Source: the human T2T-CHM13v2.0 reference genome, Homo sapiens. Taken from it: a stretch of DNA of 64,000 nucleotides. A model generated the notes under the pieces. The model was not told where the DNA came from, made no database searches, and worked only from the letters and a program-made list of their open reading frames with translations. The position numbers and the translations under genes are program-made. Shown here in pieces: positions 55,875-64,000 of this stretch (position 1 is its first letter; each line of letters starts with the position of its first letter). The DNA is taken from NCBI RefSeq assembly GCF_009914755.1, contig NC_060936.1; one strand, 5' to 3'.

Positions 55875-56339
55875 TCTACCTGAAGAAAAAATGAGAGAAC
55901 ATGTCACACTCAGGAATTACTCAGAAAAAGCTAAGCAATGGAGAAGGGGAACTGAAGAGTTCCTGGTCTCCTCTGGCACCTGATCACATGGCTGGGGACT
56001 GGCAGTCAAGACTTAGTGTCTAGCACATTAGTCCCTTGGTCAGAGCCCCTTGTCACTGTATCCCCATCCAACAGAGGCTATCCTACTTCATGACTGTGAA
56101 AGAACTTATACGTATCACATTTACTCACACAATGTTATTCATGCCCCCTAAAGAAAAACTGGTATTACTTTCCTTTGCTGGCAAAAAGAAACTGAGCTCA
56201 CGAGAGGGGAGATGATGTAGCTAAGGTCACAAAAAACAAATCACTGACTGACTTGAAAACGGCCAGGTGCCAGTACCTAGCATGACTCCTCTTTCTCTTA
56301 TTCTTCAAAACTATATTCCTTGAAATAGAAATTTTAGTT

Positions 56340-62948
<6,609 letters not shown>

Positions 62949-64000
62949 TGACTCTTAACTATTTAAGTGGATGAATTAACCATTTTACTAGGTTTCTATC
63001 AGGATGGAGGATGGAAGAGGATGAGGCCTGTATAAATAAGTTTGTAAGGCATATGGTGATGAGATAAAGGCAGCACAAAAAAGAGAAAGAATGAAATGCC
63101 CCAAGTGCTCCTGAAAAGAAGAGTTACAGAAACACTTCCACAAGATGAGGACTATTAGCGACAATTAGTGAAAATTACATAAGGACTACATAATTACAAA
63201 GGAACTACCCAAAAGTAACAAATCTATAGCCTCCGGTTTAGAAATCATCTACAAGTAGCATCAACAAGAAAAAGATGGAAAAAAACAATCAACTTGAATT
63301 CAACTACAGAAAGAACTTAAGACGCTATTGAGAAACCATTCCAAAACACACAACTGCAGAAAGGTTACCTTAGCTCAAGACTTGAAATGAAGAAACACAG
63401 AGAAAGTTTTTTTTGTTTCTCCAAAAGGAAACAAAATCTCTTTCTCTCAGGGTCTAAAGACATTCAAGAAGGGCCATCCCAGTAGGATGTGACGCTTTCC
63501 CGCCAGTATCCATAAACTCTTCCAAGTACAAGTAACTCAGAACAAATGCACCCCAATGTTACTGGGAAACATCATCACACCATACACAAACAAACTAAAC
63601 AGGACTGCTACCACCACACAGCTGGCAACCTGGGCCAACAGCTTCTAGCCTGGGCACCACCGGACCACTTTACCCTGCATCCTGTGGGAGGGACGGCACG
63701 GTGGTTCTCCTTGCCCTGTCTGTTCCACTATAAATGATGGATCTGGGGAATGTGAGGCCAAAATAAATAAATAAGACTGGAGAAGAAGAGATATGTACCC
63801 AATATTTAATCAACAACTTGGCTCAGAAACCCACAGGGCATTTTATAAACCAACCTCTGGGATCATAAGTTCTGAACTCAAACTCTTTAGGTCCACTCAC
63901 TGTCATTTTCAGGCTACCCGAAACTCTTCCAGACCTACTTCTGGAGTCTACTCCGTACAGTTTTATCCACTTCACTCCAGACTAACCATGAAGCAGTTTT

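Overview
Human-like (primate), extremely Alu-dense genomic DNA carrying four tandem minus-strand genes, which I recognise as the 12p13.31 block. From left to right: the 5' non-coding part of LPAR5 (inferred from synteny; its CDS lies outside the window), complete ACRBP (10 coding exons, 1632 nt, 543 aa), complete ING4 (8 coding exons, 750 nt, 249 aa) and the full CDS of ZNF384 (its 5'UTR exons lie beyond the right edge). Exon boundaries were read by hand and phases add up. There are no rRNA, tRNA or CRISPR features, and nearly all other ORFs in the track are Alu-derived or antisense shadows. I cannot demonstrate a wholly new biological system. The strongest unexplained signal is an inverted, well-preserved copy of ING4 exon 1 (5'UTR, ATG, splice donor, intron start) about 1.4 kb upstream of ING4, between the ING4 promoter and the ZNF384 poly(A) site. 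Other leads: a 21-bp phased ETS/GC-box tandem repeat in the ING4 promoter, duplicated Met-Asp-stop micro-uORFs in a putative LPAR5 first exon, a 347-codon ATG ORF crossing a ZNF384 intron, a MIR-derived GC-AG coding exon, two more short locally templated duplications, and an ING4 poly(A) signal inside a DNA-transposon remnant.
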